Below are positions 38,877-52,800 of a stretch of 64,000 nt of DNA, in pieces. Numbering within the stretch: position 1 is the stretch's first letter; every line of letters begins with the position of its first letter. Under the pieces are notes generated by a model. It was not told the origin of the DNA. It worked only from the letters and a program-made list of their open reading frames with translations, and searched no databases. The position numbers were made by a program, and so were the translations under genes. Source of the stretch: Lingula anatina (Eukaryota > Animalia > Brachiopoda); NCBI GenBank assembly GCA_051362555.1, contig CM120643.1, positions 22,758,848 through 22,822,847 of the forward strand. The letters are read 5' to 3'.

Positions 38877-41800
38877 TTTACAGACGTGCTATATAACATG
38901 TTAGTCACCAACGTTGCATGAAATATTATGTACTAGTACGTGTATTTGACTAATTTTACTATGTTCGGCGACACAATAACAGGTGATAACTTAGTACAGC
39001 TTGATTGTACGATATAGTATATAAAAACATCTTAAGGTACAAGGGCACATGGGTTGGTTGGTTGGTGGCACAAACAAGTCGTCAGGTAGAAAAGACTACT
39101 GATGTATAAGACATGTATGTTTTTAACCATGAGTTTTCCATTGTGCACTTACAACCTGTTTAAGTGTTCTAAGGCCCGCCGAGGTTATCTTAGTATAGAA
39201 GGTCAGAATGTCACGCCATCATTGTAGGTTTAGTATTGAGTTCGCAGCTGAATTCTTCCAGGTCGTGTTTATAGTCTCAGTGATATTGACATCTTTTTAC
39301 CCTGTTCAGACTTTCGAATTTATGATTAGATCATATCAAAGTATGGCAAAGTACATTTGTTGTTATACCACAGCCAATTTTGAATGCATTCATTTTGTTT
39401 AGCGTTTTATCTTAAAAGATACCCTGCATTGGATAGTTTTTTATGATTAAGATGTTTTGTAATATAATTGATTAAAGTGATCAAAGGCTGTGATTTTAGA
39501 CCGCCATGAAACACATCGAAACGAAGGTTATTCGCAAGTCATTCTTTAATTAAGATATAAATTGTCAATATACAATATCTCAAGAACACCTGTAAAAATA
39601 CACCATGATCAGATACATTTTTGAAAGGGGGTTCCAACTAAGACGGCAAATTACGGAACGCTGTCTTAATTCGGCGTCTGTTATTAACTCCTAATGAACT
39701 CGTTTAATAGGATAGGTTTGTGTGTTGCTGCACCTGTGCCTCTCACCGCATGGGTGATCTATTTGCACTGAGATTTACCTTTCTCCGTGTACAAATGCTG
39801 TTTATAACGCCTAGCTAACAGAAATTTGGAGCGTATGTAATGTTATTCAAAAGGCAATATTTTTGACAAACATATTTTGAGAAAAAGTCCTTTAATTTTA
39901 CAATTTAACCACGTTTACACTGTATGATTTGATAACAAATCTCACAATGGTACTTGCTATCCAGATGACGGCAAAATGCAATAGGGGTACCATTACGAAG
40001 CCAGTTACAACAAATCTATATCATTATAGATAAACTAGGATAAACATTGTAGCAAAACGTGCTGTAAAACCTCATGGAACAGGGTATTCCCTTGAGAATC
40101 CTTACATGGATCAACTTATTCCAATAGAACGGTGTCGTAAAAAGCATAGAGAAATATGAAATCAGATAGATTTTATTCCAATAACTTTTATACAACAATA
40201 CATAACCTCGCACGCTGGCTGAACTACATTGTAGTCACCGCACTGCAATTGGTTTCTGGCGTCTTGTTATAGCAGCCAATCAAGGCACATAATTAATACA
40301 GCGGACCGGGCAGATTATCCGTGAAGTCAGCGTTACCTATCTTAAACGTATATGTGGATATAAGGAAAATGTGCGGCGAAACAGACATTTTTCTTGTTGT
40401 AAATAATAAAAGGGAACCCATTTACTAATGTCTTGTGTCCGTTATAGCAATACAATAGCCCCTTTATAAAGATATTATGCATATTGAGTGCCCCATCGTG
40501 CCTCTGATGGTAAAAAAATCTTGGACTCTGATGGACTCTTGATGCGTTTTGAGGAATATTACGGTGGAAATAGGCAATTTAGAAATGCGAATTTCAGTAG
40601 CAAACTTCTATAGTTCTCCTGTTCTACAAATTGTGCAAATACATAAAAGCCGGTAAAAGATTTAGTACATACTATATGTTGTACAACTTAGATTGGCTAA
40701 TGTTATTTTTGGGGGTAATCGCACGGCGCTTTCAATGCAATGTTAACCAATAAAAGGTACATGTATCTTCACCGATATAAATGAAGTAGGGCCTACGTGC
40801 AACAGGAAGTGTTTTTCGAGGTTACACATTTTATCCATATATTATAACAATCCTGTTCTTTTGATGTTTTCAACGACTTGTTGTGTTAACCTGACATAAA
40901 TCGTATTGACAGCGACGCCAAAAGCATAATAAGTGACAATATAAGGGCACTTATTGTTAATAACATCGGGGTCGTGTTAGAGAAACTAGTTATTTTCCCG
41001 TTGGCTGTGATGCTTTGTTGGTAATCGAATCACTTTCTACCCCTTTGTGACTGACATGGCAGAAATGCAATAAAACCTTACATCAAGTGAAAATGTAAAA
41101 CGAGAAAACTATCAAATACTAGTTTGCAAATTTATCTTAGTGTTCTTCACATCAAAATGAGCATTTCCGAATGCCAAGCACGCAGGGTGCTCCCATGGGC
41201 AGTGAATCCTTTTTTCCAAGTTGATATCAGTCAAAGCGATTTCCATGAAAAGAGATTAAACTAGTAGTTTTGCATGGCTATACCAGGCTCACTGAGCAGT
41301 TCGAACAGCGTGTTTATTCTAGATAATTATCACATTATGTAAAATATTTATCTCTGCTAGCAATGATCAATTTTATCTTAACAGCATCGAAAGTTTGTGC
41401 GAAAGTTTGCTCTAGTCCTCTATTTCCAATCCTTGTGGACTGAAAGCGGCGGCGTTGCAAGTGTCAAGTGGTCTGATGAAAAAGCTCCTTCTAGAGAAAA
41501 TAACAACGATAGAAGTTCCTTGATGGCCTCAAAATCTTGAAGTCCGAAGTAACAAAATATATTTATGCTATCGTACAGTGTAAGAAGTGCAGTTAAAAAT
41601 TGATTTCCAGAAATGTTCTGGTGGTCAACCTTTCATGTCTACCATAACACAAATAAGACATTTTTAAAGTATACAACATATGTAACATTATTAGATTGGT
41701 CTCTGTAAGCGAAGACATCTAAGTAAAAGTCATAGAGGAGATGGTATTGACTCAAGGTGAAGGTCATCGATTGGACCTTTTATGTACATTACCTCACACT

Positions 41801-41919
41801 AATCGCACCATTGGTCCCATTATTTCAGAAAAAAAAAAGGAAAAAAGGAAATGGATTCTGACGTAGTGCCGCTGGCTGCAAGACTATGGAATTCTCCGGG
41901 GTACATGCACATGTTACGA

Positions 41920-42211
41920 TTATTGCGTCACTTCTCAGCCATAACTTTAGACTCATTTCTTATCTGATGCTCGTTCTTACTCTGATGTAATTGTTGTCCA
42001 GCGGAAAGTACCACTTAAAGAACAGTTCCATCTGGAGCGGATAAAAGGAAATAGATTCTTTGATGGCCCTTTGCATAGATTGAAGCCACGAGAAAGGTTT
42101 CTTTAGGTTATTGCGTCACATTTCAGCCATAATGTTAGGCCTTAATTGTCTTAGCTAATGCTCGTTCTTTCACTGGTGTAATTTCAGAGTAGTTGAGCGG
42201 AGTCTACCACC
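41920..42211. repeat. Diverged ~100-bp direct repeat pair
   Basis: TTATTGCGTCAC..TCAGCCATAA...ATGCTCGTTCTT...AGCGGA..TACCAC at ~41920-42016 and ~42108-42211. Confidence 0.7.
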
Positions 42212-45200
42212 TATATAGTCTGGCGTGGTACGTCAACTGTTATCCAAACATTAGCACAAAGACAGCATTCATCGTTATGTTTTATATATTTTCTAGAAGC
42301 TGTAATTGTCCAGACATGAGCACATTGATTGTGCGAAACTATGGCATAATTTACTTTTGTAAACCGTCTTCAAACAAACGATTACCATGACCGTTGTGTC
42401 AACTACAACGTAGATACAAAATGACACTCATTGTTACTTATAGCTGTTGAACATATACATCTATGTCTGAGCTCAGATGCCATTAATATTCTCATTACAG
42501 CAACATACTACCGAAGACAACATATCTGTTCCGTGAAAATTGGTTTTGAGCGGAAACTCGCGATCATGAAGCGTGTTATGGAATAAAACAAGTGTAAAGT
42601 GCAGGCTCCCAGTGCAAGCTGTTGTAATTGCAGCAGACAGTTTTCTGAATATGCTGCCATAATTAATTTAAGTATCATATTCTATAGTTTTTTTACACCG
42701 TAAGGTATTTAGTCTGTTAGTATGATTACATTTTATTTCCCCAACACAGCGATTGCACACCAGCAGAATGCAATTGCCCCTATCAATAATTTTTATTAAC
42801 TGGTGCAGTTAGTTACAGGCACTTCGAATGATATGAGATAGGAATACGCTGACTTTCATTGCAGCATTTATGCCACAAGGCCACCAATACTGATTCTCTG
42901 GAACTTAACGGCACCATATGGCTTGCATACTGATGGTCTATTCAACCATTATGTGCAAATGATAAATATACATAAAAACGGGGTTTAAATTACTATTTTA
43001 GTCTAAGAAAAAGAAATGAAACGAGATTGGCTAAAGGAAAAAAAGTAAAAATCTATCGACATAAAGAATATGTTTAACTATAATTTCATTAAAGCTGTAA
43101 GCAAAATGAACGACCATGCATGCACAATTCAAGTTTTGTGTAGTGCCATCATTAGAATCATTTCGTTTTCACTCCTAAATTCCATAATCCCTACCTGACA
43201 TGTACTTACAGAAAAGACTGTATAAAATTCAAAGTCTGCCCAATGTTGTGTGCATTTTTGCTTCTTGAAGGGCAGATTGGAAGTTACTCTGGAAGCGTGG
43301 TAAATGTATTTTAACCTAGTATTGTTGAATCGGTGACAGTCTATCACTGCAATCTCTTAGTACTATCTAGACGCACGTATCTAGGTTTGACACTCTCCTT
43401 TTCATCGTTTTAGCATACGTTGTACATAGTATATACAGTATACTCAACTTAAAGATTTTGTCAAGCTGGATGGTTTTTCGCGCAAAAAAATGACGTCATC
43501 CTTTACTCTTAATGCTATACTTAAAATCAAATGGCATTGCCTATGTTAATATGCATACATCTGCTAGTTTTTTAAAAATGTAAATGAGTATCTGTCAAAC
43601 TATTGAACCTTGCAAAATATCAATTTCAAGTCTCGAAGTAAATGACAAGAATTAAGAGGTTAGAAAATATATCGGGTATGGGGGGATGGGGTAGCATTCT
43701 ATCGGCTTCCCTGAAGAACAAAATGGTAGCTTAAGGCTGTATTTTGAGACGCAGTGGCGATGGCAGATACACCCATGCGATTGCATTAATAAAAGAAATT
43801 AAGTGGTCCTTCTGAGCTGATAATCACGTTTGAATAACCATTTTCTCCTCTCTGTCAGTCTGGCAATCATTAAAGCGAATTCAATCAGTTAGTTTTGGGT
43901 CAAGTAACACAGTTAATATTCTAATAAGATTTTGCCATTATGTGTCTGAATTATCTACTTGATTCTGAGCATCGATGCCATCGCGCTCTGGTATAAAAGA
44001 TTCATGGATGCTGCCGCAAAAATTAATTTGCCTATTGAAGGCATTTTGTGCATTATGAAAGACGTGGGTGAGACCTGGGCTTACGAAGCGACCATTTGTT
44101 ACCGGATATTATTTTCGTCTTAATTGCTTACGCAATGGATAGCGGGCCTAATTATGCTCCTATTAGTCATTTATGAGCTCTGTTTCGTAAGTAATCGATG
44201 TCTTAATGATTAAAGGCTTTATCAAGCATCAATATCTATTTCGCTCCCGCAGTAATAGAGTTTCCCAAAAATTGGTCTAAGTTTCAGTAATCACAATGGC
44301 ATCAAGGAGCTGTATCTGGCAGAGTTACCCACCTCTGCGGCATCTGCACACGGTGAAAATAATTCACGCAATCCACGACCCACGACTTCCTCCTCTCTGT
44401 CACGTTTACGAAAGTACTTTTTTTCAAAATCGATAAATATTAAAAAAATTCATTCGTGATCATGGCATCAACTGCATTACTCAGAATGAATAGTTTCGTT
44501 AAAATTAACAGCTAAGAGTATCTACACACGCCATGTTTGTCCCAGTATTAAGAGCTTTCAGCAGATTACTGTCTCTTACACTGCAGGTGTAGGCTTTGCC
44601 AAACTTAATTACTTAAGTGCATGGATTTTGCTCAGTTTTGGGATAACTTTATTAGGCCTTTGATTCCTTCATAATTGACTTGTGCGAAACACACTCACAC
44701 ATTAAACAATTTATTTATATGTGCATGCATGTTCCCTATCGTAATGTCTAAAATGAATTAATGTCGTGGGCCTTTTCAGCCTTTAGATTATATTAGTTTT
44801 ATGTTATTATAGGAAATGGTGCATTTGTTTCAATCATTGCCACCTTCTGTCATCTGCACCTTTTCACCCTGTACTCGGTATAACTGCTTGGCACTGCTAT
44901 CGATGTGAATACAACATAGGAGAATGTCTACATTGGCTCCCTTGATATAAGACGACTATCTGGACATCCTTGAGCTTCAATAAACTTTAAGGATCAGGGA
45001 AAAAAGAATAGGACAATAGGTCATGCCCATAACGGATTATCGCGACTATGCGCGAAAACAACTGAATTTAGCTAACCCAAGAGAAAGTCATAAGTTTTCT
45101 TTTTTAGAAGAGCCAAACAGGGACAGCGGAGGTGAAAAGTCTTGAAAATGTTCCTTATTTATGTAGTCTCTTTCTCCATCTCTGTATAAGATTACTCTAA

Positions 45201-45838
45201 ATAATTTTATTCCTCGCGGAAAGAATTTGCTGTGTCTGTTGGGTAACGCAATGCAAAATTCTTAAAGCTGGACCGCGAACATCGTTTTTGTGCTTTTAAC
45301 TTATCCTCTTAAGCGATTTGTAATCTTTGGTTAAAATGATGATATAAGCCCATTTAGGTATGGCAGCTTCTTGTCTTTTGGGCTACGTAATCGTTTGCAA
45401 AATGCTACTAGATCAATATCGCACTAGACTTGTCGTTGTCGGCTAGCCGGTTTCAGCAATCTTCATTAATATCAATTCAAATTATTTAGACTTTTGTGAA
45501 ATATACCCGGCAAGAAGTAATTATTTAATCTGGCTGTGGTTTGTCAACGTTAAGGATTTTTCTAAACGATTTACAGAAATACGAATGAATCTGCTATGTT
45601 TTTAACTTTGGTAAGACAAACCCGTCAAAACCAATCTTCATCCGTCGATCTTTTTTACCAATCTTTGTAACCAAACCGCATGATAATAATTCAATGCATA
45701 GCCATTATTTTATAAATCATGCACAGATAAGTGAACTATGCCGCCACTGTGATTTTTTTACTTTGAAATAATGCATTGTCTGCTCGAATAAAAGAAAAAT
45801 GACTGATAATGAGTGGTCATGCGGAATGTGTGTAAGAC

Positions 45839-46050
45839 CCCATTTCCAGAGATTAGATCGATCTACTTTAGATCGACCTAACTCCCTGAGGGTTCACGCT
45901 AAATAGCTGTCAGCCGAGCGGACACGAAATTTAATTACCCCCTTACAGCTTGTAGTAGGTGGGACGGACATTTAAGCCGGATTATCTGACAGTCATCTAG
46001 TGAGACTCCCCGCGGGGATGGATCGATCTAAAAGCTCTGGGAATACAGCC
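45839..46050. mobile_element. Degraded TIR element (MITE relic)
   Basis: TTCCAGAGATTAGATCGATC...GATCGATCTAAAAGCTCTGGGAA imperfect inverted ends. Confidence 0.45.
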
Positions 46051-46446
46051 TAAGATAGTAACATGTCCGGCTGATAACCGAGAATTCAAACCTGTTGCAG
46101 TTGGCTGGAGTCGTCTCTTTAGACAGGGAATGATTCAGTATACATGTGTATCACCATATCTGAGACGATTTCAATTTTAGCACAAGCAAATCGTCAATCG
46201 CGACAGCTTTCGTGCCGGATGCATTGGTAATACAATATTTTCAACTGTTTACGAACTTCTATATGTAATTCTGAATTTCAGATTTTGCTCAGCACAGAAT
46301 CTGCCAGCGTGAGTTGTAGAAGCGAATATTCCCTGTAGTAGTCTCTCAGAAAGTCTACGTGATTTTTTTTCATTTCTAGACCACCTTTCCTTTATCGTCG
46401 GTCTGTTGCATAATTGTTCATACAGTATGTCTATCAACCTCAGTTA

Positions 46447-46663
46447 AACCCCCTTTAAACTGGACAGCGTTCCTTCTGGGTCCCGAAGTACGGCCTCGTT
46501 TGAGAGTTAAAAAATACTTTACGTGCCGACAACTGGCCGATCATTGAGCATTTATTCTGCAACCAAAGCGATGCTTGTGCCTCCTTTCTACGACCACAGC
46601 GATGCCAGTTCCATGGTCGCACGAAGGACGCAGAAAGGACGCCGTCCAGTGTAAATATGGGCT
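46447..46663. mobile_element. Harbinger-like MITE (family H), copy 1
   Basis: CCCCCTTTAAACTGGACAGCGTTCCTTCTG...CAGAAAGGACGCCGTCCAGTGTAAATATGGGCT. Confidence 0.75.
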
Positions 46664-46712
46664 TTCAGCAAAAAAGGCGAGCACCCACACACGCGTATCG
46701 GTCGGATAATAA

Positions 46713-46934
46713 AGCCCCCTTTACACTGGGCGGCGTCCTTTCTGCGTCCAGCAGTACGGCCCCATTTGAGAGTTAAAAAATTATAATACTTTACGACCGA
46801 CAACTGGCCGATCATTGAGCATTCATTCTGATACAAAATCGATGCTTGTGTCTCCTTATTAAGACCACAGCGATGCCAAATTTCATGGTCGCAGAAAGGA
46901 CGCAGAAAGGACGCCGTCCAGTGTAAAGTGGGTA
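46713..46934. mobile_element. Harbinger-like MITE (family H), copy 2
   Basis: TAA|AGCCCCCTTTACACTGGGCGGCGTCCTTTCTGCGTCC...GGACGCAGAAAGGACGCCGTCCAGTGTAAAGTGGGTA|TAA; ~36-bp TIRs. Confidence 0.82.
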
Positions 46935-48094
46935 TAAGCAAACAATCAAAAATAAAAATGAATAAAGAAATAAGCTTTTGATTTAATTCCATTAAAATCA
47001 ATACAATCCGACTAAATCTGACTTAATACTGTAAACGTTTTAACTTCATAACTTTTTAAAACCTCCACTTGTTGTTCAAAACAGAAATGTCAATTTGAAA
47101 ACGTTATGCCAGAGTTGTCCTGTCGCACTCAATCGAGCAGCCTATATTCAGATCATAATTCCATTTGCAATCTGGATTGGGTAACTTTTTATAGTAGAAA
47201 AAGAATATTTTGCACAAGCTTACTATGTATTTATAAAATAATTGAATCAAATTTTGTATGCCAGAGTAAATGCCATGAAATCGTCTATATTGAGTTTTAT
47301 TCATGTACAATAATTAATTATGGAGTTTTTCAGTTAAAATGTTCGCTACGGTTAAATATTACTATTATTACGGCTAAATATTACTAATACTATTCTGTGA
47401 CTTGATATTGTGTTTATTGTTAGGTGACAGTCTACTATGGAATTACGGTAGCATTAACATCATTATCATTATTCCTATTATACCACTTTAAGCGTATCAG
47501 AGGCATTTGAAGCGTAACATTGAAATCAGGTTAAATACAGCAAAGTCGACTATTTAAGCTTATATTTCATAATCAAACATTAAATGAGTTATGGCTATTT
47601 GATACGGTAATGCTTCGTGATATTTATCATTTATAGCAGTCCCGAGTGTCACTGAAATAGTTTTTGCGGAAATGATTATTTGATTGCTTTCCATTATTCA
47701 TTTGAGTCTTCCTTGGAGAGAAGCTGCGTTCTCGTGAGGCACGGCGTTGGTAAATCATTCCGACTCTGGGACACGGCGTCAAACACTGAGCTGTCATTTA
47801 ATCTTAGGCCTACTATTCGGTGTAACCAAGGTAGTTTTTTGTCTTGGCTTTTCTCATAGCTCAATTAATTTCGTTGTATTAGTATTTGATTGCAGGTGCA
47901 AGTGTAAAAAGCCCTCCAAGAACTGTTTGCTTTAGAAAAAAATGTTATCTATTTTAACTTTCATATTTATCCTTTCAGGAAAGTGTTAAGGCGTTCATAA
48001 GGGGAAGCAAACAGAGGACATTACGTTTCTAATATAAAATAGCGGCGGTGAATTCTCTGCTGTGCGGTTAACAGCCGACTGGGAAAAAGAGAGC

Positions 48095-49312
48095 ATGATG
48101 CACGAAACGAAGGCGAATTTCTCCTCCAATTCCACTCACGATCCTGTCATTACGGATGATAATGACACTGCTGAGTTTATGTTGGCACTGCACACTGCTT
48201 CCATAGCCTTTCCTGTTGTCATGTGCATTATATGGATAGTAGGACTCTTTGGTAACATCACCGTCATCTACGTCATCAAGACGCATCGGTCGCCATTTTC
48301 CTGTCCAAACATATTGTTTCTGAATCTCGCCGTCAGTGACCTTCTGTTTCTAGTGATATGCCTACCACTGTACAGTGCTTTGTATATCTCAGAGTTCACA
48401 ATAGAACTCGGAGACTTTGGCTGCAAGTTGCTGTTTTACGTTCTCTACGTCACCCTCGGAGCTGGCATATTCACCATGGTGACGATATCAGCTTTCCGGT
48501 ACTTCGTGATCAAACTGCCATTAAAGTCGTCCAAACATCTCACTGGAGCTCATGCATTGTTCTCAACCTCTCTGATCTGGCTGTTCGTGTTCGCCATCAA
48601 CATTCCAATCGCACTGTTTCACGGAGAATACCATCAAGGCGACAAGAAACACTGCACCATACTTGTGGACAATGATTCTGAATTCCATTTGCTCATATTT
48701 CTTATGACCGGCATCGATTTTTTCATTCCAATATTTCTCACAGGTCTGTTTTCAATTCTAATGATAATCGAAGTCAAGAAAAATCGTCAACTTATACCGA
48801 CTGCAAAAAGAAATGGCGGGAACCTTGAATGCCCCTGCGACCATGCAAGCAGACGGTCGATCCGTAACAAAACCGGAGAAACGAGCCGATTGTTGATTGT
48901 CGTGCTGGCTGTGACATTAGTCTTCGTGTTTTGCTGGGGACCAACTCAAATACTGTTTCTTTGCTCTGCAAATGGCGTTTCAATAGGGTCGCCAAAAGAC
49001 ATAATAATCATAACGATGATAACATACTGCATAGCTTTTGCCAATTCTGCCGTAAATCCTTTCATTTATCATTTTATGAGTAAAGAATTTAAGAAATCTT
49101 TGCGAAAGATCATTTGCCGAGGTAAGGAAGCAAGAAAAGAAATCTCCATTGAGTACAGCATGGTTTCTCATGACAGTCTGGTTATTAACTCTCGGATCAA
49201 GAGACAGTGGGAAAGGCGCAGTCCGGGTAAGGATATATCTATTGGAATGAGCACCCGATCTACAAGCGTTAGTCCACGAGTAAGCAGAGACGAACGTGTC
49301 TCATTTGCGTGA
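48095..49312 (+). CDS. Class A neuropeptide GPCR, galanin/allatostatin-A/kisspeptin receptor-like (405 aa, intronless CDS)
   Basis: Seven hydrophobic segments; GN in TM1, NLAVSDLL in TM2, GDFGCK, FRY in place of DRY, W in TM4, FFIP in TM5, CWGPTQ in TM6, NSAVNPFIY + MSKEFK; N-terminal N-glycosylation sites (NFS, NST, NDT). First ATG at 48095 (the ORF track starts at an upstream GTG). Confidence 0.95.
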   Translation: MMHETKANFSSNSTHDPVITDDNDTAEFMLALHTASIAFPVVMCIIWIVGLFGNITVIYVIKTHRSPFSCPNILFLNLAVSDLLFLVICLPLYSALYISEFTIELGDFGCKLLFYVLYVTLGAGIFTMVTISAFRYFVIKLPLKSSKHLTGAHALFSTSLIWLFVFAINIPIALFHGEYHQGDKKHCTILVDNDSEFHLLIFLMTGIDFFIPIFLTGLFSILMIIEVKKNRQLIPTAKRNGGNLECPCDHASRRSIRNKTGETSRLLIVVLAVTLVFVFCWGPTQILFLCSANGVSIGSPKDIIIITMITYCIAFANSAVNPFIYHFMSKEFKKSLRKIICRGKEARKEISIEYSMVSHDSLVINSRIKRQWERRSPGKDISIGMSTRSTSVSPRVSRDERVSFA

Positions 49313-49807
49313 AACATTGACTGGAAACAGACAGAAGATTCCCCGGTGTTTTTAAAAGTCAAATCGTATTTTTTTCTTTGAGGGCGAAATGTGGCATCGA
49401 TGCTTCAATACAAACGTGACATGTAAAAAGGGATTGAGACAGGCCAAGAACTCAAATGATATCTGCAAATTTCGAGTGTCAGAGAGTATTTACAGCGACG
49501 CAGACTTTAAAGACTGCATTTAAAAGACAAGTAGAATTACATTCAATTAGAAAAGAACATTTATATATAATAGCACTATGAGATGCATGTACCCTGTAGA
49601 CAAAAATCCATTATGGAGATGCCCAACCAAAATGGCCAACATAAAATTGAAAATAAGCATTCAGATGTAAATTTTACGCTTCAAAAGAGATCGCATTTAG
49701 TTCTTGTTACTTGTAGCTCATCAGTCTTGCTTCTTCTTCTGCCTAACTTGTGCTGTTAAACCTAATCTCACTGCTGCCAGAACTGCTAAACTGCAAGCCC
49801 CAGTTTC

Positions 49808-49808
49808 A

Positions 49809-49857
<49 letters not shown>
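49808..49857. repeat. (AAT)n microsatellite
   Basis: Direct reading. Confidence 0.9.
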
Positions 49858-52800
49858 GTAAAACAAAAACTTAAGTCAGTTCCCTGGCTTGGTTGACTAG
49901 GATTTCCATGAGAGTGCTGTAACACTGCCCTGATAGGGTGAGATGTGCACATGTGACCATGTTACGTTGTTAATTAAGTTCTTAGCCAGAGAACATAACT
50001 TACGGGGTTTTTTTTAAACCGGGGCCAGAACTTGCTTGTTCATGTCCGGTTGAACGTAGACCGTCTGTGACAATCAATCAATGAATAGAAGTGTTGTGAA
50101 TAAAGTGTATTGTACTCTGACATATTTTTTCCAAGAAAAACGAAAAAGAAATAAAAACATGTGCTTTTGTCTACTGAAAGCCGATGTTCAACCTGTTGAA
50201 TTATTTTATAAAATGTGGGATGTTTGACGAAATGGAGAGAGAGAGAGAGATAGAGAGAGAGAGAGGGAGAGGTTGCCAAACCTTTCATTTACAAGACTAC
50301 CAAAACAAATGGTACTTTGCACGACACTCTTATCACTAACATTTATAAATAAGTCATTTAAAAACTTATCACACTCAATCCGAGTGTCAAGGAATAGTGG
50401 AAAACGCTGACAAGGTGCTGCATGTCCGATGGTTGGAAGGTTTAAATGATGGTAAATTCTATTTTGCTAGACATATTCTAAGTGAGTTTCAAAAGTAACA
50501 GCAATACATGTGCACTGAGGCAGGCAAAAGGACAAGAAGCATAAAAACGTAGACGACACCAATTTTACTACGTTAGGCAAAAGGAATTGGTAAATTTTTG
50601 GTTTGGTCTCGTTTCGTTTGTTATATTGTCTTCTTCTTTTTCTTTTTTTTTGTAAGGGTGGGGTTGGTGGGGGTGGGGGTGGGGGTGGGGGTAGGGAGTG
50701 CGTGGGTGTGTAGGGGTACCTCTGGGACCGCCATGCCTGTTACATGTAGCACCTCTTCCCTCGTAGCATCGTTTTGTGTGAGTTGGTGATTTTAGAACGC
50801 AGGTTTTACGAGACTGAAAAAAGCCCAATGACTGCTCCGCTACATCAACTGCAAACACTATCATGAAATTGATCAGAATACATGTGCCAGCATGATTCTG
50901 TCTTATAATTACCTAGCTGCATGTTGCAGTACTTTTATCTAGACAGAATAACAATACATTTTGATCGAAAATGAAAATATTGATCTACAACTTATTATAT
51001 TGAAGTGTTCTAGCTTCGAGCATTCGTTGACAATGGAACAGGGCTCAATTGTAAAAGTGTCCAAATTTGCGATCACTTTTAAATGGAATATTTCCTTCCA
51101 ACCGTTCACCGACAATGTACAAGTTAATCAGTCACAAATGGTTTTTTGCCAAACATCTCGTAATGGACTGCTATCAACCTACTAAAGCTAATTGCAAAAT
51201 GTAAGCATTATAGGCTGTGACACCGACTGTCTACACATAACCAGTACATGTGACAGCAAGTGTTTTGTAGCATGTATTCAGTGAAATTTTACCAGAATGA
51301 AAGTCTTATCGAAACTCAGCATCATCTGAAGTTTAACAAAAGCATAAGCAGGGATGGTATCTAATATGGAGTACCCCCGGTATGCTGTCTGCGTTGGGTC
51401 TTTTTTTTATTATACACCTTTTGTGCCACGCTGAAATTAAAAATACAAAGAAGCACTTAGTACCATAATAGACCGTTACAAAACGTTGCTGATGTTGCAG
51501 TGTGAAGGAATAAAAAAACACAAAACATACGGTATGTCTTCATGTTATGCTCTCAGAGTTAAGAGATCTCTTTTGACAGAGACCTAAACCTTGACCAGTT
51601 AAGGAGTAGCTGACGTCATACAGTTGGTCAAATCTTGTGACGTCAGTGACTAAGCAGGCTACGTCCGGTGGCAGCTCCTTGGAGAACTCCATAGTCACTC
51701 AGATTGCTCCCAGAGCCAAAAGGCAAAGAAATCGAATATTAAATCCAAATAAAAAGAGTTTTGTGATTGTTTAGCATGAAATGACCCTAAATGTACCAAT
51801 TGCAACACTTCCAATGTTCGTTGCCTGGATCATATGGCAAAATTTAATCAATCATCTGTTTTAGCCAGCTCTTTAACTGAATGGAAAAACGTGAAGCCAA
51901 CAATGATTTTCTGATGACATCGCCAGCACTTAGACAGGTTCGAATCAAATGCCAGTCATATGACGAATCTTTAAGTCTCGTCTTAGCTGTATGGTAAACT
52001 AGTGTAAAGGACACGCTTGTTATGTCTGAGGCTCGCCATGATGATGGTGTCTTCATTAATGGTTATGGCCATTTAATTAAATGACCAATTTATTGGAACG
52101 CGATGATTCTTAAAATAAAGAAAGTGAGGTTAACTCGTCATTATTAATTTGACATACATGTGTATAATATCCGTGTCGATGTGGACAAGTTGCAGACTGC
52201 TGCATCATCTACTAACTACTCGGCTTCTGACGGGCCATTATCAAAACATGAAACAACCATTTGCCATTGACTAATATATCGGTTTTCGCTCGAAATGTGA
52301 TAAATTTCTAGCTTTTCATCAAGTCGCAAGCATATTTCAAAATTACAGTAAATTATACGGTTCATCTCGTTTCCTGAGATGCTTGTAATTTCTGACATTT
52401 CTGTTTCCCTTTTGTCATCGATAACTCTGTCGGGTACATTGCAGTTTATCAGCTAAGCACAGTTCTACTGCATTTGATATTTGATTCTTTTGTTTTGGAT
52501 TCAGTACAAGTCTTTCTAGGCTTTTGATTCCAAGTCACCAGGATTTTTTTTTTGTTTTTTGTTTTTATTTATAGTGCCAATGCAGTCGTCTTTGTTATCT
52601 GAACAAAAAGAAATACAATAGGTAGAAGTAGAAAAAAAAGAGTTAAAAATAAAATATCTAATACATTGAAGATCTTATGGATTTTAATTCGATCCTTTCC
52701 TGTTATACAATACCGTATGGCCGTAAGGTTTTCGTGAGCTTGCGACTTTCCAATTTTAACAATTGTGTGCAGTTCTCTTTTGAAGTTACAACATGTAGTA

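Noticed and set aside
48068-49362. Antisense and alternative-frame ORFs over the GPCR (and over 14956-16964)
   Set aside because: Shadow ORFs of real coding exons with no independent support.
51930-51950. B-box-like GGTTCGAATC suggesting a tRNA or SINE
   Set aside because: No A box or cloverleaf could be built.
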